In this document: piece after piece, positions 38,998 to 51,425 of the stretch
Numbering within the stretch: position 1 is the stretch's first letter
Layout: each line of letters begins with the position of its first letter
Program-made: the position numbers and the translations under genes
Notes under the pieces: generated by a model
What the model was told of the DNA's origin: nothing
Seen by the model: only the letters and a program-made list of their open reading frames with translations
Database searches by the model: none
Origin: an uncultured Alphaproteobacteria bacterium
GTDB lineage: Bacteria; Pseudomonadota; Alphaproteobacteria; UBA6615
NCBI GenBank assembly: GCA_943787745.1
Contig: CALSNJ010000002.1
Coordinates: forward strand, 1,048,668-1,112,667
DNA: 64,000 nucleotides
Reading direction: 5' to 3'

Positions 38998-40017
38998 TTA
39001 GAACGGTTCTTCGAGGCGCTTTGCCAGATCTTCAATATTCTCGGGCGGCCAGGCGGGGATCTCCATACCGAGGTGGAGGCCCATCTGTGCCAGAACTTCC
39101 TTGATTTCGTTCAACGACTTACGACCGAAGTTCGGCGTACGAAGCATTTCTGCTTCAGTCTTTTGAACGAGATCGCCGATGTAAACGATGTTGTCGTTCT
39201 TGAGACAATTCGCGGAGCGAACGGACAGCTCCAACTCATCAACCTTGCGAAGAAGGTTGCGGTTGAATTCAAGCTCGTCATCAATTTCCTCAACCGGCTG
39301 AGCTGCTTTCGGCTCGTCGAAGTTGACGAAGAGCTGAAGCTGGTCCTGAAGAATGCGCGCGGCCAGTGCCACTGCATCTTCCGGTGTCATTGCACCGTTT
39401 GTCTCTAGCTCAAGGGTGAGTTTATCAAGATCAGTCCGCTCGCCAACACGGGCATTGCCGACATGATAAGAAACCTTGTGAACCGGCGAAAACAGCGCAT
39501 CCACCGGGATCAGACCGATCGGCGCATCCGCAGCGCGGTTCTGTGCGGCCGGCACATAACCCTTGCCGGATTCAACCATCAATTCCATCACAACACGGGC
39601 GCCCTGATCGAGCGTCATCAAAACGTGATCCGGATCCATGATTTCAATATCGGGACCAGTATCGATCTGACTTGCTGTCACCTCACCCGGACCTGTCGCA
39701 GTGAGCGTCATCCGCTTGGGACCTTCGCTATGCATGCGCAAGGCAAGGGCCTTGATATTCAGGACCACATCGGTGATGTCCTCGCGAACACCCGGAATGG
39801 ACGAAAACTCGTGCAGAACGCCTTCGATCTGGATCGACGTTACGGCTGCACCCTGCAGAGACGAAAGCAGAATGCGGCGCAATGCATTGCCAAGCGTCAG
39901 GCCAAAGCCACGCTCCAGCGGTTCAGCCACAACAGTTGCCTGACGTGCCGGGTTCAAACCGCCGGCAATGTCGAGCTTGTTGGGTTTAATCAATTCGGTC
40001 CAATTCTTTTGAAGCAT
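38998..40017 (-). CDS. rpoA: RNA polymerase alpha subunit
   Basis: [39 protein letters not shown]. Confidence 0.98.
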   Translation of the reverse strand: MLQKNWTELIKPNKLDIAGGLNPARQATVVAEPLERGFGLTLGNALRRILLSSLQGAAVTSIQIEGVLHEFSSIPGVREDITDVVLNIKALALRMHSEGPKRMTLTATGPGEVTASQIDTGPDIEIMDPDHVLMTLDQGARVVMELMVESGKGYVPAAQNRAADAPIGLIPVDALFSPVHKVSYHVGNARVGERTDLDKLTLELETNGAMTPEDAVALAARILQDQLQLFVNFDEPKAAQPVEEIDDELEFNRNLLRKVDELELSVRSANCLKNDNIVYIGDLVQKTEAEMLRTPNFGRKSLNEIKEVLAQMGLHLGMEIPAWPPENIEDLAKRLEEPF

Positions 40018-40108
40018 ATTGCTTTCCTTAAACCTTTTTCGGCCCGCCTCGACCCAATGTCATGACGAACCGTTTGTAATTGGTAACCGCGCCCCTCAGG
40101 GCGCGTGA

Positions 40109-40501
40109 TCAGACGCGCCGACGCTTGCGCGGGCGGCATCCGTTGTGCGGAACCGGCGTCACGTCACGGATCATTGTGATCTCGAAACCGACGGCCTGAA
40201 GCGCACGCAGTGCAGATTCACGACCTGAACCCGGGCCCTTGACCTGAACCGAAAGGGTTTTCATCCCGTGTTCCTGGGCTTTTTTGCCGGCATCCTCTGC
40301 GGCCATCTGGGCAGCATAAGGCGTCGATTTACGCGACCCCTTGAAACCCTGTGTCCCCGCGGACGACCATGCGATGGCATTGCCTTGCGCATCAGCGATC
40401 GTGATGTGGGTGTTGTTGAACGTCGCGTTTACATGCGCTACGCCCGAAGTGATGTTCTTACGCTCGCGCCGACGAACGCGTGCTGTTGCGGCTTTTGCCA
40501 T
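40109..40501 (-). CDS. rpsK: 30S ribosomal protein S11
   Basis: [21 protein letters not shown]. Confidence 0.98.
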   Translation of the reverse strand: MAKAATARVRRRERKNITSGVAHVNATFNNTHITIADAQGNAIAWSSAGTQGFKGSRKSTPYAAQMAAEDAGKKAQEHGMKTLSVQVKGPGSGRESALRALQAVGFEITMIRDVTPVPHNGCRPRKRRRV

Positions 40502-40529
40502 AACTTGAATACCCTAGTTTATTGAGCCC

Positions 40530-40901
40530 TTAGGCCTTTTTCTTACCGGCGATCGGCCGTGCTTTACCTTTGCGCGTACGCGCATTCGTATGTGTGCGCT
40601 GTCCGTTGACCGGCAAGCCCTTGCGATGACGCACGCCACGATAGGACCCAAGGTCCATATAGCGTTTAATGTTCATCGCAACTTCACGACGCAGATCACC
40701 TTCGACCTGGTAGTTCTGATCGATCGTCTCGCGAACGCGGATCACTTCGTCGTCGGTGAGTTCATGCACACGACGCTCCAGCGGAATTCCGCATTGTTCG
40801 CAGATTTCCTCAGCTTTCGTCGGTCCGATCCCATGAATATAGGTCAGCGCGATCGGAAGCCGCTTCTGCGTTGGAATATTGATACCTGCAATACGTGCCA
40901 C
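40530..40901 (-). CDS. rpsM: 30S ribosomal protein S13
   Basis: [25 protein letters not shown] start. Confidence 0.98.
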   Translation of the reverse strand: MARIAGINIPTQKRLPIALTYIHGIGPTKAEEICEQCGIPLERRVHELTDDEVIRVRETIDQNYQVEGDLRREVAMNIKRYMDLGSYRGVRHRKGLPVNGQRTHTNARTRKGKARPIAGKKKA

Positions 40902-40968
40902 GCTCCGAACTCCTTCGTGGTTACGGTGCGGTCAAAACGGCCAAATGTAAGGCTAACCGGGCGGCGGG

Positions 40969-40996
40969 ATTATAGAATTTTCCGCCGCGGGGTCAA
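40969..40996 (-). promoter_or_regulatory. Sigma70 promoter of alpha operon (rpsM)
   Basis: Minus strand TTGACC-N16-TATAAT followed by GC-rich CCCGCCGCCC. Confidence 0.75.
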
Positions 40997-41000
40997 TAGC

Positions 41001-41579
41001 TTAGCCAGCCGTTATGATCGCCTCTATTTGTTTCGAAACTTCATCGATCGGCTTCATACCGTCGACCATCTTCAACATGCCCAAACCCTCGTAATACGGG
41101 AGAATCGGGGCGGTTTGCTCGTGATACACCTCAAGGCGGTGTTTCAATGTTTCCGCGTTGTCATCATCGCGCCGTTCAGCTTCCGGCGTTTGCGCAACAC
41201 GCGTGTTAATTCGATCAATCAGAACAGAATCTTTGACCGAAATTTCGATCACATGATCCAGCGGCAGGCCCTTTTCAGCGAGCATCTTGTCCAGCGCCTC
41301 GGCCTGAGCCGTGGTGCGCGGAAACCCGTCGAGAATGAAGCCATTTTCGCAATCCGGCTCGGAAATACGATCCGAGATGATTTGCACCATAATATCGTCA
41401 GGCATCAACTTGCCTGCATCCATCACCGACTTCGCTTCCTGTCCCAGTTCGCTGCCCGATGCCACTGCGGCGCGCAACATGTCTCCTGTCGACAACTGGA
41501 CCAGTCCATGTCCGTCCACCAAAACCTTTGCCTGCGTACCCTTGCCGGCACCTGGTGGCCCTAAAAGAATTATGTTCAT
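41001..41579 (-). CDS. adk: Adenylate kinase (short-LID type)
   Basis: GPPGAGKGTQA, STGDMLR, LDGFPRT, RRDDDN; 192 aa. Confidence 0.97.
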   Translation of the reverse strand: MNIILLGPPGAGKGTQAKVLVDGHGLVQLSTGDMLRAAVASGSELGQEAKSVMDAGKLMPDDIMVQIISDRISEPDCENGFILDGFPRTTAQAEALDKMLAEKGLPLDHVIEISVKDSVLIDRINTRVAQTPEAERRDDDNAETLKHRLEVYHEQTAPILPYYEGLGMLKMVDGMKPIDEVSKQIEAIITAG

Positions 41580-41603
41580 TGCCTGCTTCGCCCCCGCACG
41601 TCG

Positions 41604-42947
41604 CTATCCGCGGCGCCCTTTGAGTTTAGCCTTGCGAATAAGGCCCTCATATTGATGGGCGAGCAGATGACTTTGAATCTGTGCAACCGTATCCAGCGCA
41701 ACCACGACCACAATCAGCAAACTTGTTCCCCCAAAGAAGAACGGGACTGAGAAACGCGTGATCAGGATTTCGGGCAGCAATGCCACCACCACCAGATAAG
41801 TTGTGCCAATAACCGTCAAACGGGTCAGCACATAATCGAAAAATTCGGCCGTATTCTTGCCCGGACGGATACCCGGCACAAAGCCGCCATTCTTCTTCAG
41901 ATTGTCAGCTGTTTCTTCCGGATTGAAGACGATCGCTGTGTAGAAAAACGAGAAGAAAATGATCAGCAGCGCAAACAGAAGGAAAAACAGCGGCTGACCG
42001 CGACCAATCCAGGCCGTAATCAGCCCCAGTGTACCCTCACCGCCGCCGCCTGAGAATCCAGCGATCGAGACCGGCGTCAACAGGATCGATGTCGCGAAAA
42101 TAATCGGGATTACGCCCGATGTATTGAGCTTCAACGGGATGTGAGAGGATTCACCGCCAAACATGCGGTTGCCGACCTGGCGCTTGGGATACTGAACAAT
42201 AATCCGGCGCTGGGCGCGTTCGAAGAAAACGATAAAGGTAATGACCGCAACAGCAAAAACGAGAAAGCCGATGATGAACAGCGCCGACAATGCACCGGTT
42301 CGTCCAAGCTCAAGCGTGGACGCAAAAGCCGTCGGCAAATTCGCAACGATACCGGCGAAAATGATCAATGAAATTCCGTTGCCCACACCGCGCGCGGTGA
42401 TCTGTTCGCCCAGCCAGAGCAGGAACATCGTTCCGCCGACAATCGTAATCACAGTGCTGAGGCGGAAGAACATGCCCGGATCTGCAACAGCAGGCCCCTG
42501 AGAGGTGGAAATACCCTCCAGGCCAGCAGAAAGACCGTAAGCCTGGATCACAGCCAGCAGCACGGTCAGATAACGCGTGTACTGGTTGATCTTCTTACGA
42601 CCCGATTCACCCTCTTTTTTGAGCTGCTCGATGCTCGGAGAGATCGCCGTCATCAGCTGCATGATAATTGCAGCCGAGATATAGGGGATCACGTTGAGGG
42701 CAAAGATACTCATACGAGACAAGGCGCCGCCCGCAAACGCATCAAACACACCCAGAATACCGCCAGCCTGCTGGCTGAAGATGTCGTCGATGATAATCGG
42801 ATCGATACCGGGGATCGGAATATAGGTGCCAAGGCGATAGACGATAAGAGCGCCGAGGGTAAACCACAGGCGCTTCTTAAGTTCCGTCGCTTTTGCAAAT
42901 GCACCGAAATTAAAACTCGATGCCATCTGTTCAGCGCTACTCGCCAT
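41604..42947 (-). CDS. secY: Preprotein translocase SecY
   Basis: PYISAAIIMQL, GVGNGISLIIF, PGIRPG, FGGTSLLIVV. Confidence 0.98.
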   Translation of the reverse strand: MASSAEQMASSFNFGAFAKATELKKRLWFTLGALIVYRLGTYIPIPGIDPIIIDDIFSQQAGGILGVFDAFAGGALSRMSIFALNVIPYISAAIIMQLMTAISPSIEQLKKEGESGRKKINQYTRYLTVLLAVIQAYGLSAGLEGISTSQGPAVADPGMFFRLSTVITIVGGTMFLLWLGEQITARGVGNGISLIIFAGIVANLPTAFASTLELGRTGALSALFIIGFLVFAVAVITFIVFFERAQRRIIVQYPKRQVGNRMFGGESSHIPLKLNTSGVIPIIFATSILLTPVSIAGFSGGGGEGTLGLITAWIGRGQPLFFLLFALLIIFFSFFYTAIVFNPEETADNLKKNGGFVPGIRPGKNTAEFFDYVLTRLTVIGTTYLVVVALLPEILITRFSVPFFFGGTSLLIVVVVALDTVAQIQSHLLAHQYEGLIRKAKLKGRRG

Positions 42948-43041
42948 CTAAATATCCGTTCGCAACTGTCTGTTACGATCCATGTGGGTCAGACCGAATT
43001 CCGGTCAACGCAAGATTTGATACGTACTCTGTCTGGAAGGC

Positions 43042-43566
43042 CTACGCCTCGTCACCGCTCGCATCAGCAGGCGCTGTCTTGATCGTACGCGGGGTCTTCA
43101 CCTTTGGCGGCACCGAAACCGTCACCGATCCACCCGCCTTCTCTACTGCTGCAATCGCACCCACCGTGGCGCTTGTCACTTCGAGAGAGACCTTCGCTGT
43201 AATCTCACCAGATGCCAGCAGACGAACACCATCCAGCTTGCGACGAACAACACCAGACGTGACGAGCACCTCTTCGTTAAGAGTCGCGCCAGCATCGACC
43301 TTGCCCGCATCAATTGCTTCCTGAAGACGCCCGAGTGTCAGTTCCTGCAACTTGACCCGGTTCGGCTTTTTGAAGCCGCGCTTCGGCAAGCGCATGTAAA
43401 TCGGCATCTGGCCGCCTTCAAAACCATTGATGGCTACGCCTGAACGGGACTTCTGGCCCTTGACGCCACGACCACCGGTCTTGCCAAGGCCCGAACCCGG
43501 TCCACGGCCAACACGCTTGCGAGCACGACGCGCGCCGCGGTTGTCTGATAGTTCGTTGATATTCAT
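43042..43566 (-). CDS. rplO: 50S ribosomal protein L15
   Basis: [34 protein letters not shown]. Confidence 0.98.
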   Translation of the reverse strand: MNINELSDNRGARRARKRVGRGPGSGLGKTGGRGVKGQKSRSGVAINGFEGGQMPIYMRLPKRGFKKPNRVKLQELTLGRLQEAIDAGKVDAGATLNEEVLVTSGVVRRKLDGVRLLASGEITAKVSLEVTSATVGAIAAVEKAGGSVTVSVPPKVKTPRTIKTAPADASGDEA

Positions 43567-43578
43567 AACAGTTTTCCG

Positions 43579-43773
43579 TTACTCAGCTTCGTCAACCTGT
43601 ACGAGATGCCTGACCTTATTGATCATGCCTCGTACAGACGGCGTATCTTCGAGTTCACGCGAACGATGGCGCTTGTTCAACCCAAGGCCAATCAATGTCG
43701 CACGCTGGTCACCCCGACGCCCGATAGGGCTACCGATTTGGGTCACGCGGATGGTTTTCTGTGCAGCAGCCAT
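43579..43773 (-). CDS. rpmD: 50S ribosomal protein L30
   Basis: [26 protein letters not shown]. Confidence 0.97.
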   Translation of the reverse strand: MAAAQKTIRVTQIGSPIGRRGDQRATLIGLGLNKRHRSRELEDTPSVRGMINKVRHLVQVDEAE

Positions 43774-43775
43774 TC

Positions 43776-44420
43776 CTAAGCCTCCGCCTCAACAGTCTCT
43801 GCTTCAGCGCTACCCGCACCGGCAGCGGAATCCTGCACACTGCGGCGGCTGATGATGTCGGCCACTTTGAGTCCACGACGGTTTGCCACGGCCCGCGGAG
43901 ACATCATGTTTTCAAGTGCCTCGAAAGCCGCCTTGATCATGTTGTGCGGGTTAGACGTGCCGATCGACTTCGCAACCACATCCTGAACGCCAAGACATTC
44001 GAAGACGGCGCGAAGCGGTCCACCGGCAATGATCCCCGTTCCCGGAGGTGCCGCACGGAGGACAACATGTCCGGCGCCGAAATGACCTTCAACGTCGTGA
44101 TGCAACGTACGACCGTCGCGCAATGGGACGCGAACGATTTCACGTTTGGCAGCCTCAGTGGCTTTGCGAATAGCCTCGGGCACTTCACGTGCTTTACCCG
44201 AACCATGCGCAACGCGTCCGCGCTGATCGCCAACGACCACAATGGCCGCAAAGCCAAAGCGACGGCCACCCTTTACAACTTTCGCTACGCGATTGATGCT
44301 AACGAGCCGTTCAATGAATTCACTCTCTTCGCGCTCCTCACGACGACCGCCATCGCGACGTCCTCCGTCGCGACGTCCGCCACCGCCATCTCGCTGGTTG
44401 CGTGCTGGTGCCTGTGCCAT
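43776..44420 (-). CDS. rpsE: 30S ribosomal protein S5
   Basis: [22 protein letters not shown]. Confidence 0.98.
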   Translation of the reverse strand: MAQAPARNQRDGGGGRRDGGRRDGGRREEREESEFIERLVSINRVAKVVKGGRRFGFAAIVVVGDQRGRVAHGSGKAREVPEAIRKATEAAKREIVRVPLRDGRTLHHDVEGHFGAGHVVLRAAPPGTGIIAGGPLRAVFECLGVQDVVAKSIGTSNPHNMIKAAFEALENMMSPRAVANRRGLKVADIISRRSVQDSAAGAGSAEAETVEAEA

Positions 44421-44430
44421 GCCAGTTTCC

Positions 44431-44793
44431 CTAGAAGTTCAGGCCGCTCTCGCGGGCGGCCTCTGCCAGAGCTTTCACCCGGCCATGAAAAAGATACGGA
44501 CCACGATCGAACACAACGCTCGATACACCGGCCTCTTTGGCGCGCGTGGCAATCAATTTGCCAACTTCACTCGCCCCTTCAACGTTCCAGCCCTTGCCGG
44601 CCTTGAATTCCTTGTCGGCTGAAGACGCCGACGCCAAGGTCAGGCCCTGACCATCATCGATAACCTGGGCATAGATGTGGCGACCAGAGCGGAAAACACT
44701 CAGCCGAGGGCGATCGCCCTTCGATACACGACGCAGCTTCGCGCGGACGCGATTGCGACGACGTGTCTCCAGATTGCGCGAATTCGACGTCAT
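44431..44793 (-). CDS. rplR: 50S ribosomal protein L18
   Basis: [25 protein letters not shown]. Confidence 0.98.
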   Translation of the reverse strand: MTSNSRNLETRRRNRVRAKLRRVSKGDRPRLSVFRSGRHIYAQVIDDGQGLTLASASSADKEFKAGKGWNVEGASEVGKLIATRAKEAGVSSVVFDRGPYLFHGRVKALAEAARESGLNF

Positions 44794-45323
44794 TTCTTCT
44801 TACCTTCCTTACGCAGAATCTGCTCGTCCCGATAACGAACGCCCTTGCCCTTGTAGGGCTCCGGCTTCCGATAGCTGCGGATCTTGGCGGCAACCTGACC
44901 GACTGCCTGCTTGTCCGAGCCTGAAATTACAATCGTGGTCTGGCCTTCACACTTGATGTCGATTCCGTCCGGGATCGGAAAGTTCACATCATGCGAAAAG
45001 CCGAGCTGCAGGTTCAGATTTTTCCCCTGAACAGCGGCACGATAACCAACACCCGTGATTTCGAGCGTCTTGGAGAAACCATCGGTCACGCCCGTCACCA
45101 GATTGCTCACCAACGAACGCGAAGTTCCCCAAGCCATCCGGGTACGCTTGTTGTTCGAACGCGGCTTGAAGACGATTGAACCATCTTCCTGCGTAATCTC
45201 GATATCCGTCGGAATTTTAACCGACATCTCGCCCAGTTTACCCTTGGCGGAAATCATCTGCCCAGAAACCTGGACATCTGTACCCTCAGGGATTGCTACT
45301 GGACTGCTGCCTACACGTGACAT
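44790..45323 (-). CDS. rplF: 50S ribosomal protein L6
   Basis: [22 protein letters not shown]. Confidence 0.98.
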   Translation of the reverse strand: MSRVGSSPVAIPEGTDVQVSGQMISAKGKLGEMSVKIPTDIEITQEDGSIVFKPRSNNKRTRMAWGTSRSLVSNLVTGVTDGFSKTLEITGVGYRAAVQGKNLNLQLGFSHDVNFPIPDGIDIKCEGQTTIVISGSDKQAVGQVAAKIRSYRKPEPYKGKGVRYRDEQILRKEGKKK

Positions 45324-45353
45324 TGTCTATGTCTCCTCAAACCGTGCCAGCGT

Positions 45354-45752
45354 CTAGAAGACGTGACACAGAACCTCGCCGCCGACATTTTCCGCACGTG
45401 CGGTCTGATCGGACACCACGCCCTTGGGCGTTGACAGGATTGAAATCCCAAGACCGCCATAAACCTGACGCAGGTCGCGGATTTTCGAATAAACCCGGCG
45501 TCCCGGACGGGACACACGCTGGATCTCGCGGATCACAGGTGTTCCTTCCTGGTACTTTAATTCAATCGTAATTTCAGTAATGCCTGCACGCAGTTCGGCC
45601 ACACTGTAACCACGGATAAACCCTTCCTGCTGCAACACTTCAAGAACGCGCTCACGCAACTTAGAGGCGGGCGATATCACGGAAGAGTGGCCGGCGCGCT
45701 GTCCATTACGGATGCGGGTCAGCATATCTCCAAGAGGATCGGTCATACTCAT
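45354..45752 (-). CDS. rpsH: 30S ribosomal protein S8
   Basis: [26 protein letters not shown]. Confidence 0.98.
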   Translation of the reverse strand: MSMTDPLGDMLTRIRNGQRAGHSSVISPASKLRERVLEVLQQEGFIRGYSVAELRAGITEITIELKYQEGTPVIREIQRVSRPGRRVYSKIRDLRQVYGGLGISILSTPKGVVSDQTARAENVGGEVLCHVF

Positions 45753-45764
45753 ATCAGCATCCCC

Positions 45765-46070
45765 CTACCAGCTCGACTTAACGAGACCTGGAATCAGGCC
45801 ATTCGAACCAAGTTCACGAAGCGCGAGACGCGACATCCGGAACTTCCGGTAGTAACCACGTGGCCGCCCAGTAATTTCGCAACGGTTGCGCAGGCGGGTC
45901 TTTGCAGAATTACGCGGCAGCTTGGCCAGTTTCATCCGAGCTGCGAAGCGTTCCTCAGGCTGGCGAGACGAATCCCGCGCAATTGCCTTCAGTGCCGCGC
46001 GCTTAGACGCATACTGGTTTACAAGCTTTTCACGCCGCTTGTTCTTCTGGATTGCACTCTGTTTTGCCAT
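45765..46070 (-). CDS. rpsN: 30S ribosomal protein S14 (101-aa form)
   Basis: [21 protein letters not shown]. Confidence 0.98.
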   Translation of the reverse strand: MAKQSAIQKNKRREKLVNQYASKRAALKAIARDSSRQPEERFAARMKLAKLPRNSAKTRLRNRCEITGRPRGYYRKFRMSRLALRELGSNGLIPGLVKSSW

Positions 46071-46093
46071 ATCGTCTTGTCTCCTGACCGACG

Positions 46094-46636
46094 TTAATCG
46101 CGGAACGGAAATTCGAAGCCGCGCAGCAATTCGCGCGCCTCGTCATCCGTATTCGCCGTCGTGCAAATGATCACATCCATGCCGCGGATGTCGTCAACTT
46201 CGTCGTAATTGATCTCCGGGAACACGATTTGCTCGCGCAGCCCCATCGAGTAGTTGCCGCGACCGTCAAAACTGGTCGGACGCAGGCCGCGAAAATCGCG
46301 AACACGCGGCAAAGCGATCGTCACAAGACGATCAAGGAATTCGTACATGCGCTCGCGGCGCAGCGTCACCTTGCAGCCAATGGGCATGCCTTCACGCAAC
46401 TTGAAGTTGGCGACGGACGTTTTGGCGAGCGTAATCTGAGGCGCCTGTCCGGCGATACGGGCCATTTCATTGACCGCTGTATCCACCTTCTTGGAATCCT
46501 GAGCTGCCTCACCAAGCCCCATATTCAGGACAATCTTGTCGAGGCGCGGAATTGCATGGTTGTTCGTGTAGCCGAAGTGCTCTTTGAGCTTCGTCTTCAC
46601 AACACTATCGTAATGTTCTGCCAATCGCGTGGTCAT
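46094..46636 (-). CDS. rplE: 50S ribosomal protein L5
   Basis: [33 protein letters not shown]. Confidence 0.98.
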   Translation of the reverse strand: MTTRLAEHYDSVVKTKLKEHFGYTNNHAIPRLDKIVLNMGLGEAAQDSKKVDTAVNEMARIAGQAPQITLAKTSVANFKLREGMPIGCKVTLRRERMYEFLDRLVTIALPRVRDFRGLRPTSFDGRGNYSMGLREQIVFPEINYDEVDDIRGMDVIICTTANTDDEARELLRGFEFPFRD

Positions 46637-46646
46637 CTCTCACCTA

Positions 46647-46973
46647 TCAATCAATGACTTCGCCGGACCGCTTGGCAAAGCGGACCTTGCGGCCGTCGTC
46701 GAGAGTCTTGTAACCAACTCGTGTCGGCTTGCTCGTATCGGGATCAATCAGCGACACATTCGAAGCATGCAACATCGCCTCGTACTGGTTGATTCCACCC
46801 GGGGATGTCTGGGTTGCGCGCTCATGACGTTTGATCATGTTCACGCCCTGCACCAGAACGCGATTGCGCTCACGGTCAACGCGCAGCACTTCGCCCGATT
46901 TGCCCTTCTCACGACCCGTCAGCACGACAACCTGGTCGCCCTTCTTGATCTTCATTTTTGCATTTGTCGCCAT
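46647..46973 (-). CDS. rplX: 50S ribosomal protein L24
   Basis: [22 protein letters not shown]. Confidence 0.98.
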   Translation of the reverse strand: MATNAKMKIKKGDQVVVLTGREKGKSGEVLRVDRERNRVLVQGVNMIKRHERATQTSPGGINQYEAMLHASNVSLIDPDTSKPTRVGYKTLDDGRKVRFAKRSGEVID

Positions 46974-47341
46974 TACAGCACCTCCGGTGCCAGCGAGATG
47001 ATCTTCATGTACCGACGTGCACGCAATTCACGTGTTACCGGCCCGAAGATGCGTGTCCCGATGGGCTCGCCCTGGGGGTTAATCAAAACTGCTGCATTGC
47101 TGTCAAAGCGGATCGTACTTCCGTCAGCTCGCGAAATGTCCTTCTTCGTGCGCACGATAACGGCACGATGAATTTCACCCTTTTTCACGCGGCCACGCGG
47201 AATAGCTTCCTTTACGGAAACCACGATGACATCGCCGACGCCGGCGGTCATACGTTTGGAACCACCCAGCACCTTGATGCACTGCACCCGGCGCGCGCCG
47301 CTGTTGTCAGCGACTTCCAGGTTGGTCTGCATCTGAATCAT
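46973..47341 (-). CDS. rplN: 50S ribosomal protein L14
   Basis: [23 protein letters not shown]. Confidence 0.98.
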   Translation of the reverse strand: MIQMQTNLEVADNSGARRVQCIKVLGGSKRMTAGVGDVIVVSVKEAIPRGRVKKGEIHRAVIVRTKKDISRADGSTIRFDSNAAVLINPQGEPIGTRIFGPVTRELRARRYMKIISLAPEVL

Positions 47342-47378
47342 TGTCTTATGTCCTTCAAATACCCGGGGCGCTCATGCC

Positions 47379-47618
47379 TCAGGCGTCGACCTTTTCGATA
47401 ACTTCGAAACGCTTGCTCTTGGAAATCGGGCGGCATTCACGAATGCGTACCTGATCGCCAATTTCGAGCGTGTTTGTTTCATCATGGGCCGCAATCTTCT
47501 TGGATTGGGTCATGAATTTTTTGTAGAGCGGATGTTTCACCCGGCGATCGACCTGTACGGTCACCGACTTCTCCATCTTGTTGCTCACCACTGTGCCGAT
47601 GAGTACCCGTCGCGGCAT
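47379..47618 (-). CDS. rpsQ: 30S ribosomal protein S17
   Basis: MPRRVLIGTVVSNKMEK, ECRPISKSK; ATG at 47618. Confidence 0.97.
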   Translation of the reverse strand: MPRRVLIGTVVSNKMEKSVTVQVDRRVKHPLYKKFMTQSKKIAAHDETNTLEIGDQVRIRECRPISKSKRFEVIEKVDA

Positions 47619-47640
47619 CCTGTTAACTCCTGTACGCTCG

Positions 47641-47835
47641 TTATTGCGCCGTACGGCGCTCGCTGAGGACTGTCTGAACCCGTGCAATGTCACGACGAAC
47701 GTCACGCACACGTGCGGTATTCTCGAGTTGTCCGCTAGCCTGCTGAAAACGCAGGTTGAACGCCTCTTTTTTCAGATCGCGCAATTCGTCGCGCAGTTCA
47801 TCTTCGCTCTTGGCGCGAATATCTTCCGGCTTCAT
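47641..47835 (-). CDS. rpmC: 50S ribosomal protein L29
   Basis: [23 protein letters not shown]. Confidence 0.97.
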   Translation of the reverse strand: MKPEDIRAKSEDELRDELRDLKKEAFNLRFQQASGQLENTARVRDVRRDIARVQTVLSERRTAQ

Positions 47836-47839
47836 GGTC

Positions 47840-48253
47840 TTAGCTCAATTCACGCGAAACGACGCGGGTCTGAAGAGGAAGTTTCGCGGCTGCCAATTCA
47901 AAGGCTTCGCGCGCAACATTCTCGGGAACGCCGTCGATTTCAAACATCACACGGCCCGGCTTAACGCGAACCATCCAGTACTCGGGCGTACCCTTGCCCT
48001 TACCCATACGCACTTCAGCCGGCTTCTGGCTGACGGGCACATCGGGGAAAATACGAATCCAGACACGTCCCGCACGACGCATGTGGCGCGTCATCGCACG
48101 ACGTGCGGCCTCAATCTGCCGCGCCGTAACACGTGCCGGCGTGACCGCCTTCATACCATAAGAGCCGAAGTTCAACGACGTCCCGGACTGGGCAACGCCG
48201 TGCAGCCGGCCCTTATGCTGCTTGCGGTATTTTGTTCTTTTGGGACTTAGCAT
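47840..48253 (-). CDS. rplP: 50S ribosomal protein L16
   Basis: [19 protein letters not shown]. Confidence 0.98.
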   Translation of the reverse strand: MLSPKRTKYRKQHKGRLHGVAQSGTSLNFGSYGMKAVTPARVTARQIEAARRAMTRHMRRAGRVWIRIFPDVPVSQKPAEVRMGKGKGTPEYWMVRVKPGRVMFEIDGVPENVAREAFELAAAKLPLQTRVVSRELS

Positions 48254-48274
48254 TTTCTTACCTCCGAACGGCGC

Positions 48275-48967
48275 CTAGCGAGCCGGCATTCCGCCCGATT
48301 GCTGTTCTTCGATCCGACGATCCTGCGCCATCGGGTCGTGCTCCATAATGTCACCGCGATAAATCCAGACCTTCACGCCACAGGCGCCATAAGTGGTCTG
48401 GGCTGTCGCCGTGCCGTACTGAATATCGGCACGCAGTGTGTGCAACGGCACACTGCCTTCGTGATACTGTTCTGTCCGCGCAATTTCAGCACCGCCCAGA
48501 CGTCCGCCACACATGACGCGAACGCCCTGTGCCCCAAGACGCATGGCGCTCTGGACCGCACGCTTCATGGCGCGACGGAAACCGACACGACGCTCGAGCT
48601 GCTGGGCAATGTTTTCAGCAACAAGATTGGCGTCAATCTCAGGCTTGCGAACTTCAACGATATTCAGGCTGACTTCAGAACCGGTCATCGTCGCCACTTC
48701 GCTGCGAAGCTTCTCGATGTCCGCGCCCTTCTTGCCGATCACAACGCCCGGCCGTGCCGAGTGAATCGTAATGCGGGCCTTCTTGGCAGGACGCTCAATA
48801 ATGATGCGACTGACGCCAGCACCAGCAAGACGCTTTTCGAGCATCTTGCGCAACTCGAGATCCTCGAGAAGAAGATCGCCATAGGACGAACCGTCGGCGA
48901 ACCAGCGGGAATCCCAGGTCCGGTTGATGCCGAGGCGAAGCCCAATTGGATTAATTTTATTACCCAT
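48275..48967 (-). CDS. rpsC: 30S ribosomal protein S3
   Basis: [32 protein letters not shown]. Confidence 0.98.
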   Translation of the reverse strand: MGNKINPIGLRLGINRTWDSRWFADGSSYGDLLLEDLELRKMLEKRLAGAGVSRIIIERPAKKARITIHSARPGVVIGKKGADIEKLRSEVATMTGSEVSLNIVEVRKPEIDANLVAENIAQQLERRVGFRRAMKRAVQSAMRLGAQGVRVMCGGRLGGAEIARTEQYHEGSVPLHTLRADIQYGTATAQTTYGACGVKVWIYRGDIMEHDPMAQDRRIEEQQSGGMPAR

Positions 48968-48969
48968 GC

Positions 48970-49347
48970 TTATGCCTCTTCCTGTTCGCGAACCACGATC
49001 GTGATCTCAGCGAAAGGTTTCTGAATACGGGCGACGCGGCCTCGCGCGCGGGCGCGCCAGCGCTTCATGACCATGTTCTTGCCAACTGTCGCCTCGGCAA
49101 CGATCAGTCGATCAACATCGAGCTGATGATTGTTCTCAGCATTGGCAATGGCACTTTCAAGACCGGCCTTCACCGCGCCCGAAATACGGCGACGCGAGAA
49201 TTCCAAATCCATCAGGGCGCGCTGAACTGGTTTGCCACGAATTTGTTCAGCAACCAGATTGAGCTTCTGCGGACTGATCCGAAGGTTGCGAATAATTGCA
49301 CGCGCTTCTGTATCAGCGAGATCTCGTACTGCGGATTTCTTACCCAT
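48970..49347 (-). CDS. rplV: 50S ribosomal protein L22
   Basis: [25 protein letters not shown]. Confidence 0.98.
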   Translation of the reverse strand: MGKKSAVRDLADTEARAIIRNLRISPQKLNLVAEQIRGKPVQRALMDLEFSRRRISGAVKAGLESAIANAENNHQLDVDRLIVAEATVGKNMVMKRWRARARGRVARIQKPFAEITIVVREQEEA

Positions 49348-49349
49348 AA

Positions 49350-49628
49350 CTAACCCCGCCTCGCCTTACGATCGGCTTGATGTCCGAAATAAGAACGGGT
49401 TGGTGAAAACTCGCCGAATTTCTGCCCGACCATATTTTCAGTGACCAGAACAGGAATAAATTTATGCCCGTTGTAGACACCGAACGTCAGTCCGACGAAC
49501 TGCGGCAAAATTGTCGAGCGACGCGACCAGGTCTTGATCACATCATTACGCCCGGATGCCCGCGCAACCTCTGCTTTCTTAAGCAGATAGCTGTCGACAA
49601 AAGGACCTTTCCATACAGAACGTGCCAC
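49350..49628 (-). CDS. rpsS: 30S ribosomal protein S19
   Basis: [21 protein letters not shown]. Confidence 0.98.
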   Translation of the reverse strand: MARSVWKGPFVDSYLLKKAEVARASGRNDVIKTWSRRSTILPQFVGLTFGVYNGHKFIPVLVTENMVGQKFGEFSPTRSYFGHQADRKARRG

Positions 49629-49640
49629 TGCCGTTCTCCT

Positions 49641-50465
49641 CTACTTCGCGCGCCGGCGAATGATCAGCGAGTCGGTCTTCTTATTAGACCGGGTACGCTT
49701 ACCCTTCGTCGGCTTGCCCCATGGGGTCACAGGATGGCGACCACCGGATGTCCGGCCTTCACCACCACCATGCGGATGATCGATCGGGTTCATGGCCACA
49801 CCGCGAACGGACGGGCGTTTGCCCAACCAGCGTTTGCGACCAGCTTTACCCAGCTTAATGTTGCTCTGATCCGGGTTCGACACGGCACCAATTGTTGCCA
49901 TGCATTCCTGGCGAACCATGCGGACTTCACCGGAAGCCAGCTTCAACAGGCCATAACCACGATCACGTCCGACGAGCTGAACATAAGTCCCGGCCGCACG
50001 GGCCATCTTGCCACCAGCGCCTGCTTTCAGTTCAACGTTGTGAATGATCGTGCCAATCGGGATTGACCGAATGGGCATTGCATTGCCTGGCTTCACGTCG
50101 GTGCGATCACCAGCAATCACTGAGTCACCAACATTGAGACGCTGAGGCGCCAGAATGTAGCTCTTCTCACCGTCTTCGTAAGACAACAGCGCGATAAACG
50201 CCGTGCGGTTGGGATCATATTCAATGCGCTCGACGGTCGCAGGGACATCGAATTTCCGACGCTTAAAGTCGACGTGACGATAGAGACGCTTATGTCCGCC
50301 ACCGCGACGACGCGCAGTAATCCGACCGGTGTTGTTCCGACCACCCTTTTTGGTCAGGCCTTCAGTCAGTGACTTTTCCGGGTCACCTTTCCAAAGCTCC
50401 GACCGGTCAACGAGGACAAGTCCACGCTGGCCAGGGGTATTCGGTTTGAATTGCTTCAGTGCCAT
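49641..50465 (-). CDS. rplB: 50S ribosomal protein L2
   Basis: [28 protein letters not shown]. Confidence 0.98.
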   Translation of the reverse strand: MALKQFKPNTPGQRGLVLVDRSELWKGDPEKSLTEGLTKKGGRNNTGRITARRRGGGHKRLYRHVDFKRRKFDVPATVERIEYDPNRTAFIALLSYEDGEKSYILAPQRLNVGDSVIAGDRTDVKPGNAMPIRSIPIGTIIHNVELKAGAGGKMARAAGTYVQLVGRDRGYGLLKLASGEVRMVRQECMATIGAVSNPDQSNIKLGKAGRKRWLGKRPSVRGVAMNPIDHPHGGGEGRTSGGRHPVTPWGKPTKGKRTRSNKKTDSLIIRRRAK

Positions 50466-50474
50466 TTCGAACCT

Positions 50475-50804
50475 CTATACGCCGGTCGTGATGTCAATCG
50501 AATCGCCATCAGCGAGTCGAACCACGGCCTTTTTGACGTCAATGCGTCGGCCGGGTTGGCCCTTCCAACGCTTCGTCTTACCTTTTTGCACCAGAGTGTT
50601 AATGCCCACGACCTTGACCTTAAACAGGCCTTCAACCGCGGCACGAATTTCCGGCTTGGTCGCATCGACCGGAACACGGAAAACAACCTGATTGTGTTCT
50701 GAGACCATGGTCGCTTTCTCCGTAATCACGGGAGAGCGAACAAGCTCATACATACGTTCTGCGGAGACTTCGATGCGACCGCGTGGTTTGCGATTGCTGC
50801 TCAT
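50475..50804 (-). CDS. rplW: 50S ribosomal protein L23
   Basis: [25 protein letters not shown]. Confidence 0.97.
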   Translation of the reverse strand: MSSNRKPRGRIEVSAERMYELVRSPVITEKATMVSEHNQVVFRVPVDATKPEIRAAVEGLFKVKVVGINTLVQKGKTKRWKGQPGRRIDVKKAVVRLADGDSIDITTGV

Positions 50805-51421
50805 CGTAGGCGCTCCTGCAACTGCTCAACTGCTGACTTGGTCAGAACGAGCGTATCGCGACGCAGAATGTCGAACACATTCGCACCCTGCTGCGGCAGC
50901 ACATCCACGCCCGGAATATTACGGGCAGCCAACTGGAAATTACGGTCAATGTCCGCACCATCGACGATCAGAGCGGAAGACAGCCCCATCGCCTTAAGCT
51001 GAGCGGCCAATGCCTTGGTTTTCGGCTCCGACGCGGAAACCACATCAACCACAACGAGCTTGCCATCAGCCTGCTTCGAAGACAGTGCCGTCTTCAATGC
51101 CAGCTTGCGAACCTTCTTGGGCAGCTCAATCGAATGATCGCGCGGCTGCGGACCAAAGGTCGTCTGACCACCACGCCAATGTCCGGCCTTCCGGTCACCG
51201 GCACGTGCGCGGCCGGTACCCTTCTGACGCCAGGGGCGTGCTGTAGAACCGTTGATCTCACCACGTGTCTTGGTCTTGTGCGTACCCTGACGTCGTTTGG
51301 CCAACTGATAGTTGATCATCCGCGCCAGCAGATCCTTGCGGATAGGCGCAGCAAAGACGCCATCGTCGAGATCGATCTCGCCGACGTCCTTGTTTTCAAG
51401 ATTGATAACCTTGAGTTTCAT
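50801..51421 (-). CDS. rplD: 50S ribosomal protein L4
   Basis: [29 protein letters not shown] at 51421. Confidence 0.98.
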   Translation of the reverse strand: MKLKVINLENKDVGEIDLDDGVFAAPIRKDLLARMINYQLAKRRQGTHKTKTRGEINGSTARPWRQKGTGRARAGDRKAGHWRGGQTTFGPQPRDHSIELPKKVRKLALKTALSSKQADGKLVVVDVVSASEPKTKALAAQLKAMGLSSALIVDGADIDRNFQLAARNIPGVDVLPQQGANVFDILRRDTLVLTKSAVEQLQERLR

Positions 51422-51425
51422 CGCC

